From a virus (Duplodnaviria; Caudoviricetes), in the IMG/VR virus record IMGVR_UViG_3300048574_000482, positions 1-29,149 of that record: a stretch of DNA of 29,149 nt, one strand, 5' to 3'. The notes under the pieces were generated by a model. The model worked only from the letters and a program-made list of their open reading frames with translations, was not told the DNA's origin and ran no database searches. Position 1 is the stretch's first letter, and every line of letters begins with the position of its first letter. Below are positions 18,201-26,796 of the stretch, piece by piece. A program made the position numbers and the translations under genes.

Positions 18201-21200
18201 GGTTCAGGTGTTCGTATTTACCACAAATCTGGAGACGAGTTTTTAGCGCAGGCAAAAACTGTCAACGAATACATGAAATTCAAAGTGGCACTTGATAATC
18301 GTTTGAAAGGAGTTATAATTACAGTACGCGATGCTCAAGTCGGTGCAACAATCGAGAAACCGGGGATTTTCCTCTCCGATGGAATCGACAACAAGGGGGA
18401 CATGAATGCCGCAGATAAAAACCTTGAACCTGAAAAATCTTACCGAGAGGATCATGGCGAAAGGGCTGGACGAGGTAAGATCCCGCCCGGAGTCCGAATC
18501 GTTTATGACGACGGACGGATTAGTGACGATAACTCGGTCCAAGAATACTTCGACTCCCGCGCAGAAGAGATAAAAAAAAGAACCGCTGAAAATAACGCTC
18601 CAACCAATCAATTTACCCCGTCAAGGACCCGCGAACTTCGGAAAATCATTGAAGACGGCGGGGAAATTCTTTTCCAGTACATAGGCAACACCGCCGACTT
18701 ATCGAACCAGGAAACGAAAAACTTATCGATCGCGAAACGAATGCTCGAGGACTCGAAGGATATGGAGACCATCAGGCTCGCTACGGGATGGTTTCAGGGA
18801 CTCAAGGATAAAAAATGGCGATATGAAATCAGCGATAAAAACTCAACGTTCCTTCAAAAGGATATATCCGAAAAATCTGTAGATCTTTCTTCTGTTCTGA
18901 TTTTTCCGGAGTTATATAAAAAATATCCCGAAGCGAAACAGATTAAAGTCACTTATTTACCGAAACAAATCGATGAAGGCAGGATTAGTGCTGCCTACGG
19001 GCGCGGCGACGACGGAAAAAAATATATTCTTGTCAGCCGTCATCAGCCGAACCAGTGGGAACTCCAAAAGGCAATAACTCATGAACTGCAACATTGGATC
19101 CAGGAAAAGGAGGGGTTCGCCGATGGCGCTAATCTTGATGAACTCGAGGGCGAAAAAATCGATTTCAAGGACTTGGAAAAGCAATGGAATATCGTAAGTA
19201 CTGCATGGAATATTAAAAGGGATCTGTCTCGCCCGGATAATACTGCAAATCTCGACGAAATCATTGGTATGTATGAGGATTTGCAGGGCCACCAGATCGA
19301 TTATCAAATTCCTCATTTGATAAATTCAAAGACTGTTGAGGAATTGGGCAAAGAAGCGAAATCTCTTCGTGAGCAGGTAGAAACGAGCAAATTCTATAAG
19401 TACACACCATATCAAATGTATATGAATTCCGCTGGAGAAATCGAAGCGCGCGACATTGAATCCCGCTATGGACTATCCGACGAGCAGCGGAAATATATCA
19501 AGCCAGTTCATACAACCGAGAAATATCAAGCAGATATGCTTTTCCAGACCGACGAGGAACTCATCAAAGACGCCTCGACATTCGAATCATGGCAGAACTT
19601 CATGGAATACTACGAGGATTCTCCGTTCCGGCCGGACGACGCGGCAGTACCGGAGAACGTTGATGCTCAGTGGTATCAGACCGTATGGGAAAAGGCTCAT
19701 GGAATAATACCTGAAGAATCACTGAACGCCGAAGAAATGGCGTCGCGCGCGGCCGCAGATTCCGTCGCCCCCGGAAGTCCCGACACCCAGGACGCGCTCT
19801 GGCTCGCCGAAATGCAGCACAAGCCCGCCGAGCTCGATTCCTTCCTTCGTCGCATCAACGACATTCTGACCACGAAAAACGATTTTGCGCCCGCAGACGC
19901 CACCGAGCAGCAGGATATGGAGAATACCGAGCGGCTCAAGAGACGGATCACCACGGAGCTCCGGCACGGCTCCTGGATCAGCAACGCGACCCGCGTCGCT
20001 GCCGGCCGCGAGCTGACCGAGAAGGCCCGCCGGACGCTCATCAGCCTCATGCGCGGTGCCGCGCGGGATTACCGCGCGCTTTACGCCGACCTCATGGAGG
20101 ATCCCACCTGGTCCGTCGCGCTCGCCGATACCGATGCCGGCAAGCTCGCCTCGATCGCCGACCCCAAGCTCGATTACTCGGAAATGTCACCCGAGCAGCG
20201 CCGGAAGATCGCGGACCGGATCGAGAACGCCGAGATCGCCCGGAAGCTTAAATCGGGAGAGCTGACCTTCGACGAAGCGCAGCGGCATATCGCGTACCTC
20301 AACAAGGAGCTGAAGGCAAGCGAGACGCGCGAACGCGAGGTACTGAAGCAGCTTGCCGACGAGAAAAACGAAACGAGCGAAGACTACCGGCGGATATCCG
20401 ACTGGGAAACGCGACAGCTTTTGAAGGCGAACGAAGAATTCCTCATGGCTAAGGCGCGTTACACCGCCCGGAACGACAAGACCGCGCGCATGATCGAGCG
20501 CGGTCAGGCGATCACGAAGAAATACGAGCTCGAGAGCCAGCAGATCAAGGCAACCTACGACACGGTATTCCGGAAATTCTCCGATCTCATGAAGGCAAAA
20601 GAGATCTCCGGGGCAGTCGGAACCGCGCTCGCCCGCCGGGAATCTCTTTTCGAGGCACGAGCGGAGAACGCCCGGCTCCGCGAGCAGATCTCGGCCGCGC
20701 GGGAAGCCCGAAAAATCAGGCTTGGGCTTGCGAAGCGCACTATGCGACGCATTTCATTCGACCGGATCGACTACGAGTCCGCACGGAAGATCATCGCGAT
20801 TCAGCGCGCTTTCTTTCCGGCCATGCAGAAGGGACTCAATAAGTGGATCGGAACCGAAGGGCCGTATCTCCGCGAGGTTTATTCGAAGTGGAAAACGAGC
20901 GACGAGTACCGTATCGAACTCGAAAAGGATCTGAGTCACCGGAAAGGCGGCCGGAAGCTACTCGCCTTGCTCGACAAGGATTTTGATACCTGGACGCGAT
21001 CGGAACGCGAAGACGCGCTCGCGGTGCTACCGAAAGAGGATTGGGTTGCAGAGCTCAATCTCGACAAGCTCGCCGAGGAGCGCGAACAGGCGCTGCAGAT
21101 GGACGAGTCCACCGACGAGTACAAGAAGCTGCTCTCCGAAGCGCTCCCCTCCCGGATCGCGTCGAGAATCGAGAAACGGCCCTTCGCGGAATGGACCATC

Positions 21201-23588
21201 GAGGAAATGGAGGAGCTCGCCGGCGTGGTCGACAAGCTCTACAGCGACGGCCGCCGGATGCTCGAGGCGAAGAAACTTGCCCGGCGCAACGACTCTGCTG
21301 ATATCCGCGATCGCATCAAGAAGGTGATCAAGGATGCCGGCATCAACGAGGACGACAGCCCGGAAGAAAAGGAGCGGAAGCGCGCGGCATTCGAAAAAGA
21401 GCTTGGAATGAATCGGCAGGTCAAGGGAACGCTTGCCGATTCCGTGCAGCGCCAGTCATTCCAGAATCGTGTGCTCCGGAACGGGTATGCCGATGCCAAC
21501 GTCCGGCGCGTCGCGCGAATCCTCGACAACGGAAAAGACGGAATCAATACCGATCTCCTGTATAACCAGGAGGATTCCTGTTTCAATGAAAAGCACCGCC
21601 GGATCCGGGAGCGAACACGGAAGATCAACGCGGCAATGACCGCGGCCGGAGTGACGATCGACGAACTCTATCAGCCGATCGAGATCAAGGATTTTTATGG
21701 CCCGGGGGAGAGCCGGTCATTCACGGTCGACGAGCTCATTTTCGCGCTGAAGGCAGACGAGGACGACCAGAGCCGCGCCGCCGTGAAGTATGGAAATATG
21801 ATTGACGACAGCGAGAAGGATTCTTTCCGTGGAGAGGTCGACGGCGGCATCATCGAGAACATTGCCGCGCCGCGTTACAACGCAGTACTCGCGGCCGCCC
21901 GCGCGCTCGACCCGAAGTTTCTCACGTTCGCGGAATCGATCTCGGCCGACTATGCCGATCAGTACGAGCGACTGAACCAGGCATCAATCGAGGAATTCAA
22001 TCAGCCGGTATGGCGCGTCCAGAAATACGTTCCTCTCATGCGTCTCGAGAGCTCCGGTGACACGAACGAAAATCGTGTCCGCGACGATTTGCTCAACCTT
22101 TCCGGCGGCCGCAACCAGTCCGGGGCCGACAAGGGAATGACGCAGAAGCGCATAGAAATCGATCCACTCTATCAGCGGCCGGTGCAGATGGGACTGTATT
22201 CCACGTGGAACGATTCCGTCACCCGAACCGAGCACTTTGTCGCGTACGCGCCGTATGTCCGCGAACTCAATCGCGTGTATAAGAGCGTTGACGCGAGCAA
22301 CATGCGCGGCTGGATCCGCGCCCGCTACGGCGACAAGATGATTTCGTATCTCGACGACTACATCAATGAATGCGCGAACCCCGAGGCGATCAGTAAACAA
22401 AGTCAGCTCGACCGGATTGTCCGGACGCTCCGGGGCCGGACAGCGCCGGCGTATCTCGCTTGGAAGCTCTCGGGCGTTCTCAAGCAGTTTGTCACGAGCC
22501 CCGCACCGTATCTGACTTTCGTCTCGCCCGCCGAGTACGCCGCCGCCGCCTTCGACGTTGCGCGTAACTTCTCTACGCTGAGCGACACGATCCGCGAGAA
22601 AAGCGTATTTATGGATTCGCGCGTTATGGATCCAATTATCGACCTCATAAAGGAGCAGCAGGCGAAAGCCTCGAGCCCGCTCGCAGCGAAGTGGATGCAG
22701 ATCAGCGATATGGGCATGAAAGGGCTCGAATTCGCTGACTGGTCGTGCGTCGCTCCCGGATGGCTCGCGGTGTACCGGAAGACGCTTGCCCAGGCACAGC
22801 GCGAGAATGAGACGATCGTGCAGACTGAAACCACTCGACTGGAAAAGGAGAACGAGACACGGTCAGTTGAAACGATGCGGACTGCAGATGAGATCAAGGC
22901 GATAGCTGAAGGAAAGGTCCGATCGCTCGATGAACTCGAAGCGAGCGCGGTCAAGGCCGCCGACGACGCGACGCGTATGTGCCAGCCTTCGAGTCGCTTG
23001 GCCGATCTCGCCCCGATGTTCAAAGCGAAAGGAGAAAACACCGAAGCGCTGAAGATCATCACGCAGTTTCAGACGTCGCTCAATGTGATCTGGCAAAATA
23101 TTCGCTACGATTTGCCGGCCGCCGTTCGGGAAAAACAGTACCGGCAAGCCGTTGGCATAGTCGGCGGGTACATCGCCGCTGGCGTCGCGGTAAACCTCAT
23201 GACGCAGGGTCTCGCCGGGGGCGGCGGAGATGATGACGATTCCCTTTCCCGCGCCCGATCCCTCCTTTACTATTCGACTACGCAGTTCACAGATTCTGTC
23301 CCGCTCGTCGGCGACATGGTGACGAATCTCGCGCAAAAGGCGATAACTGGTAAAAAAGAGCAGCTGTTCGGAGACGATATGTTCCCCGCCGTGTCAAAGG
23401 TGCTGCAGGCAGGACAGGCCGCAACGTCCGGTGATTGGGATAGAACACTGCAGCGCTTCGGTGAGGGCATCGGTTACGGAATTGGTGCTCCGGTATCTGG
23501 CATCAAGGAAGCCGGCCGCGTGATCGGATTTAACGGAGAGGACGGTTCGTTCGATATGAGTCCGGACGCATTGATCGGAAGGAGATAG
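15201..23588 (+). CDS. Large internal virion / polyvalent protein (2795 aa) with GNAT-like, zincin, GGDEF and LPD23-zincin modules
   Basis: Start re-assigned to ATG 15201 (GGAGG at 15190-15194, TAATG coupling). Gly/Ala hydrophobic helices near both ends; HEIAH 17409-17423; SGDEF 18228-18242; TGWFQGLKDKKWRYEISD; HELQH 19080-19094 with GEIEAR. Confidence 0.85.
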   Translation: MGDFNDRFSITRNDTGEKVRKLPDFPTAPKPAAVATDQVAPAAPASADPPSNTPIKKQMETETAAKAAPLKSVALDPDVAASQERDAAKAANVDRYQVDVPDQYYKVFGDFIANSDDPTATAYRLGTAWRYTQMYDMSFEDAYKNIENLNQALLGDRQYSTAKDNFSAVSDAWKLGLNVVRRGALGTNLAIAEDNGNPYEIDRIRKEVAAVDGENTGLEDRQPRAWYVEALKFGAQSAPFTGAAIGAGLVGGLFGPVAAGASAFAVSMQNAQGSEYLDLRSEGVEPDLARNLSIASGSLQAVVEVALGNTASVVGKAAGVETITSNLFKRLHVTGAWTRAARVIGEYSGEAVEEGVEEALQDLISSGSQALAAELQGHGVEQKTANEVAQSAWENFRGGFLGSLVLGVAGAGINAHTEVRDAIALKDASVSMDSKEAFIKETAASPAFEGLTDADRAEVQSKIWDAAATKRDARINASAADIASGADFAGESETETVSETPAPRGAVQRTSEGKLHLQEGKDVIQNNDGSSTRILKVGNPNEETSYNRYGYIKFREYDDKVVVDDFRMSPGRENIKREFFDEFTSRFSGKNVEWEPRSESGKAFVKQVVAGNPAGSSAGLQYYHDVDAGTVRGRVKLDNQIKQFLPRLDENERAAAVALLETRASVKGQDLETYLGETFHPTVFSDSKTVIPEAAQSAGIDSRGVKGGVAFPKDDISGSAKALVYVTQNSDFSTYTHEIAHVFRREMSGDDLAEAERAFGVTDGSWSRDAEERFAVGFEEYLREGKAPTTALESLFRKMAEFLHRIYNALAARVEVSPDIRHVYDKLIAGAGPLAEIETSARSGKSVGREETGDTAGRMTGQKKTENLTQTVETAQEGPTAQGDIDADQSLADASKSILDEAGSIYSTIPDDMFFQAAAVKKLLEHMSREELIEILHTSDSAGGVPNYRAYRRDIEQDGAWPVQVSLDADSLKWVNDNMGHASGDLMLKEIGETMRDYADGSGVRIYHKSGDEFLAQAKTVNEYMKFKVALDNRLKGVIITVRDAQVGATIEKPGIFLSDGIDNKGDMNAADKNLEPEKSYREDHGERAGRGKIPPGVRIVYDDGRISDDNSVQEYFDSRAEEIKKRTAENNAPTNQFTPSRTRELRKIIEDGGEILFQYIGNTADLSNQETKNLSIAKRMLEDSKDMETIRLATGWFQGLKDKKWRYEISDKNSTFLQKDISEKSVDLSSVLIFPELYKKYPEAKQIKVTYLPKQIDEGRISAAYGRGDDGKKYILVSRHQPNQWELQKAITHELQHWIQEKEGFADGANLDELEGEKIDFKDLEKQWNIVSTAWNIKRDLSRPDNTANLDEIIGMYEDLQGHQIDYQIPHLINSKTVEELGKEAKSLREQVETSKFYKYTPYQMYMNSAGEIEARDIESRYGLSDEQRKYIKPVHTTEKYQADMLFQTDEELIKDASTFESWQNFMEYYEDSPFRPDDAAVPENVDAQWYQTVWEKAHGIIPEESLNAEEMASRAAADSVAPGSPDTQDALWLAEMQHKPAELDSFLRRINDILTTKNDFAPADATEQQDMENTERLKRRITTELRHGSWISNATRVAAGRELTEKARRTLISLMRGAARDYRALYADLMEDPTWSVALADTDAGKLASIADPKLDYSEMSPEQRRKIADRIENAEIARKLKSGELTFDEAQRHIAYLNKELKASETREREVLKQLADEKNETSEDYRRISDWETRQLLKANEEFLMAKARYTARNDKTARMIERGQAITKKYELESQQIKATYDTVFRKFSDLMKAKEISGAVGTALARRESLFEARAENARLREQISAAREARKIRLGLAKRTMRRISFDRIDYESARKIIAIQRAFFPAMQKGLNKWIGTEGPYLREVYSKWKTSDEYRIELEKDLSHRKGGRKLLALLDKDFDTWTRSEREDALAVLPKEDWVAELNLDKLAEEREQALQMDESTDEYKKLLSEALPSRIASRIEKRPFAEWTIEEMEELAGVVDKLYSDGRRMLEAKKLARRNDSADIRDRIKKVIKDAGINEDDSPEEKERKRAAFEKELGMNRQVKGTLADSVQRQSFQNRVLRNGYADANVRRVARILDNGKDGINTDLLYNQEDSCFNEKHRRIRERTRKINAAMTAAGVTIDELYQPIEIKDFYGPGESRSFTVDELIFALKADEDDQSRAAVKYGNMIDDSEKDSFRGEVDGGIIENIAAPRYNAVLAAARALDPKFLTFAESISADYADQYERLNQASIEEFNQPVWRVQKYVPLMRLESSGDTNENRVRDDLLNLSGGRNQSGADKGMTQKRIEIDPLYQRPVQMGLYSTWNDSVTRTEHFVAYAPYVRELNRVYKSVDASNMRGWIRARYGDKMISYLDDYINECANPEAISKQSQLDRIVRTLRGRTAPAYLAWKLSGVLKQFVTSPAPYLTFVSPAEYAAAAFDVARNFSTLSDTIREKSVFMDSRVMDPIIDLIKEQQAKASSPLAAKWMQISDMGMKGLEFADWSCVAPGWLAVYRKTLAQAQRENETIVQTETTRLEKENETRSVETMRTADEIKAIAEGKVRSLDELEASAVKAADDATRMCQPSSRLADLAPMFKAKGENTEALKIITQFQTSLNVIWQNIRYDLPAAVREKQYRQAVGIVGGYIAAGVAVNLMTQGLAGGGGDDDDSLSRARSLLYYSTTQFTDSVPLVGDMVTNLAQKAITGKKEQLFGDDMFPAVSKVLQAGQAATSGDWDRTLQRFGEGIGYGIGAPVSGIKEAGRVIGFNGEDGSFDMSPDALIGRR

Positions 23589-23590
23589 GT

Positions 23591-25663
23591 TTGCAACTCG
23601 ACGCGGTAGACATGTCCAATAGCCAACTCACTGTAGGCTCTCTGAAAATTTTGGGGGATCTATCAGGAACGAGTGCAACGGCCATCGCTACTGCCATCGC
23701 TACTGCACAGGCAAAAGCTCAGACAATCGCAGCTGGCCTCGCTTCGACAATTAAGGATTTATCGTCTGATGGTATTATCTCCCCGGTTGAAAAAAAGACG
23801 GTCAAAACAGAGTTTTCAACTATAACTAGCGAAGTTTCAGTAATTATTCAGGCAGCCACTGACGCTGAAGTGGCAGTGGCTGATATTTCTTTGTACCAGT
23901 CTTCATATCAAAAGCTCTATACGTATCTGTATTCGAGTCTGAAATTATTTGATGACATGGGAATCTCTACTGAAATAGATTCCGTGGAGTTCTCCAATAA
24001 TTTCAACGAGTATTATCTTGCTCGCGTAGAAATCCAAAACAAAACAGTTGTATCGCGATATATAAAACTCACCGAAGAAATATCTACGCGTCCCAATTAT
24101 ACCGAAATCGCTCAGGGGTTTACTCAGGCAGGACTCGTTGTCATTCCGACACAGCTCAACGTCACGGCTGTCGGTGGCTTCCGCTTCATCACGATTACCT
24201 GGGCAAAGCAATCGAACCTTTCAAACCTGAAGGAATATCAGATCCAGTGCTCCGAAGATGCAATCACGTGGTATGCACCGAGCCTCGATGGATCAGGAAC
24301 GAACGGACACGGAACCACCGCTGACGCATTCTTCTCGACGACCTCTCCTATGCTGGTTCATCCGAATATTCCGCCTGCAGGTACGACCGAAGCCCCAATT
24401 GGACGACTCATGTATTATCGCGTCAGGCAGCGAACGGCTCTTGAAGCGTATTCCGAATGGTCTTCGGTGATCGCAGCGACGACGAAAGTTGCCAATACAG
24501 GCGACTATGCCGCGAATTCGATATCTGCGAATGCCCTCAAGGTAACTGAGCTTTATTCACTCCTTGCGACAATCGGAGATACACTGATTGTTGATCCAAA
24601 CGCAGGTCTGGCCGCTCAGAACGTCGAGTATTCTGAAGGCGACACCCGGTCGATGCTCACCGCGAATGAGCTTCTTTTCCAGTACGTAAAGAATGGCGGT
24701 TGGTCTACGATTGTGCGTCTTGCCCTCGAAGGGCTTCGGACCAATCAGGTGTATTCACAGGATAAGCTTGTTCTTACCAATAACGGTATGTCCGGCCGCC
24801 GACTGCACGGTTTTGACTTTGGAATCGCATACCTTTCCGCAAGTTCTCGAGTTTGCCACTTCGACTCTGATCTTTACGATCAAACCGGGGAATCCTATTT
24901 CACCATTTCCGGAACAGGAGCGCTTGTAGGAAAAGACGACGGTATTCCTCCTGCTATTGTTGCAGTCGCCCCGTATGCGACCGAGGCGAAAAGCCTCTAC
25001 GGTAAGTTCCGACTGCAAAAAACGCTTGGTGTTGTAAATACGTTTACGCTCGATTTCTGGATTCTCTACTATTACAACGAGAACCAAGAGATTTTCCGAG
25101 TCGGATCAGCGAGCGAGTATGTGTCAATCGATGTGCTCAATTCTGAGCCGTATTACAACGAGGACTCGTTCCAGTATAACGACACCATATCAGGTGCGGC
25201 TTGGTACAACGAAATTCAGGGTGCCGTTGCGCGTGTCGTCTACTACCTAAATGGAGTTTTTGACATTCGGTACATCCAAGATGCGTCAGGAAATCCCGCG
25301 CTCACACCCGGAAGCTGGTATCACATTGGCGTAATCGACTCTGGTTCGAGTTTGCTGGTGATCGTGAATACAACAAAGTTCAGCTTTACTTCACCGTCAG
25401 CGCGAACTGAGTCCGTTGCAATCGACATAAACTCGACGCTGGGGCAATTCCTCGTCGATGAAGTTCTGGTCGATGCGACGGCGGCGGAAACGGATACGGC
25501 ATTTATCGCAAACACATCGGCGAAGAAACCGTGGGCAAAACTTTCTGATGGTACTGATTGGTTCGTTGTCGATTTGAAAGATCCGGCGAATTTCAAAACG
25601 AATATGTTTGAAAGCCAAGTTTTTAAGGACGCGGTGCTCGCAATTGCGGCACCAAAGGTATAA
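23591..25663 (+). CDS. Tail-associated adhesin / host-specificity protein (FN3-like plus ConA/LamG-like domain)
   Basis: TTG after AAGGAG; DGIISPVEK motif; ITITW...EYQIQ...YYRVR...SEWS (FN3-like); FTLDFW...WYHIGV...VDEV (LamG-like). Confidence 0.65.
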   Translation: MQLDAVDMSNSQLTVGSLKILGDLSGTSATAIATAIATAQAKAQTIAAGLASTIKDLSSDGIISPVEKKTVKTEFSTITSEVSVIIQAATDAEVAVADISLYQSSYQKLYTYLYSSLKLFDDMGISTEIDSVEFSNNFNEYYLARVEIQNKTVVSRYIKLTEEISTRPNYTEIAQGFTQAGLVVIPTQLNVTAVGGFRFITITWAKQSNLSNLKEYQIQCSEDAITWYAPSLDGSGTNGHGTTADAFFSTTSPMLVHPNIPPAGTTEAPIGRLMYYRVRQRTALEAYSEWSSVIAATTKVANTGDYAANSISANALKVTELYSLLATIGDTLIVDPNAGLAAQNVEYSEGDTRSMLTANELLFQYVKNGGWSTIVRLALEGLRTNQVYSQDKLVLTNNGMSGRRLHGFDFGIAYLSASSRVCHFDSDLYDQTGESYFTISGTGALVGKDDGIPPAIVAVAPYATEAKSLYGKFRLQKTLGVVNTFTLDFWILYYYNENQEIFRVGSASEYVSIDVLNSEPYYNEDSFQYNDTISGAAWYNEIQGAVARVVYYLNGVFDIRYIQDASGNPALTPGSWYHIGVIDSGSSLLVIVNTTKFSFTSPSARTESVAIDINSTLGQFLVDEVLVDATAAETDTAFIANTSAKKPWAKLSDGTDWFVVDLKDPANFKTNMFESQVFKDAVLAIAAPKV

Positions 25664-25677
25664 GGGGAGGATAGAGA

Positions 25678-26796
25678 ATGGTACTTGATCTTACGCTTAA
25701 TGCGATACAGATTCCAGGACTGACGACTTTCACGAAGATATTTGGAACAAAGAAGGCTGACGGGAAAGGTCTTACAACTGCTGAGGTAAATGCGAATATG
25801 CTCGCGCCGTGGAATAGGCAGCGGCCATACACGGTTGCAGAAATTTCCTCGACTGGCGTTGTTGAGGCAGACGCCTGTATCTCGATAGCTACCGGATGCT
25901 CCGCGATTACACTCGGGGACGGATCATTTACAGGAGTCCGCGTCCTCCTCATCAATACCACGCCATCGGCCGTGCAGCTCATTACCGGGCAGGAGTCTGG
26001 TTACATCCTTCCTTACCAGACGCTTGAGGTTATGTGGTTTGGCGACTGCTGGTACGTCTGCGACGGCCACATGGTTGGCGAAATCCTCAACGTGACGTTC
26101 CCTTTGACCAAGATCCCGTTCGGCTATATGTCGCTCCACAGTGGTCTTCGGCCGTCGAGAACTGCATACAAACGGCTTGCAAACACGATTCTCTACCCGC
26201 TGGCTAATGTCCCGTTTACTTGTACAACGGCTGCTCCGGCAGTTTTCACTGTCGCTGCTGGGCATGGATTCTCGGGAGGCGAACGACTTCGGCTCTTCAC
26301 GTCCGGCGCGCTTGCCGGAGCAACGCTCTCACAGGATTATTTCGTCGAGTACATTTCGACGACGACGTTCTATCTCAACACTCTTGAAGGAGGCACAGCG
26401 AGACTCGCGATCACCGCGCAGAGCGGGACGCATTACTATCAGTGCAGCGCGTATGGAGTAGGCGACGGATCGACGACAATGGATCTTCCGGACCCCCGGC
26501 AGTCGGCTTTCGTCGGAGCGGGAACTGGTACGACACATAATATCGCTTCTGTCGACTCGTATTTGAGAGGACAGTTCAAGGATGACCGTTTCCAAGGATG
26601 GAAATTGCAAATAACCAAATCTGATCCCGGTTGGGGTGGTAGCCTATGGGGAAATGGTGATGCATCAACTCGTGTAGCTAATGTAATTTATACACAAGCT
26701 ATTGTTGCAGACACAGCAAACGGTTTCGGAACTCCGCGGGTTGGAACAACCACTCGCACAAAACAACTCGGAACCAATTATCTAATCAAGTATTAG
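25678..26796 (+). CDS. Tail fibre with collar domain and variable C-terminal tip
   Basis: VGEI...IPFGY...SRTAYKRL and YGVGDGSTTMDLPDPR collar motifs; ends TNYLIKY; SD GGAGG. Confidence 0.85.
   Translation: MVLDLTLNAIQIPGLTTFTKIFGTKKADGKGLTTAEVNANMLAPWNRQRPYTVAEISSTGVVEADACISIATGCSAITLGDGSFTGVRVLLINTTPSAVQLITGQESGYILPYQTLEVMWFGDCWYVCDGHMVGEILNVTFPLTKIPFGYMSLHSGLRPSRTAYKRLANTILYPLANVPFTCTTAAPAVFTVAAGHGFSGGERLRLFTSGALAGATLSQDYFVEYISTTTFYLNTLEGGTARLAITAQSGTHYYQCSAYGVGDGSTTMDLPDPRQSAFVGAGTGTTHNIASVDSYLRGQFKDDRFQGWKLQITKSDPGWGGSLWGNGDASTRVANVIYTQAIVADTANGFGTPRVGTTTRTKQLGTNYLIKY

Noticed and set aside
1343-23470. Many long minus-strand and alternate-frame ORFs (e.g. 1343-2320, 5339-6475, 7936-8808, 16296-17846)
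   Set aside because: They are shadows of GC-rich + strand genes, with no recognisable motifs or start signals.
23681-23706. 12-bp tandem duplication GCCATCGCTACT x2 (AIAT AIAT)
   Set aside because: Only two in-frame copies in a low-complexity helix; no evidence of function.
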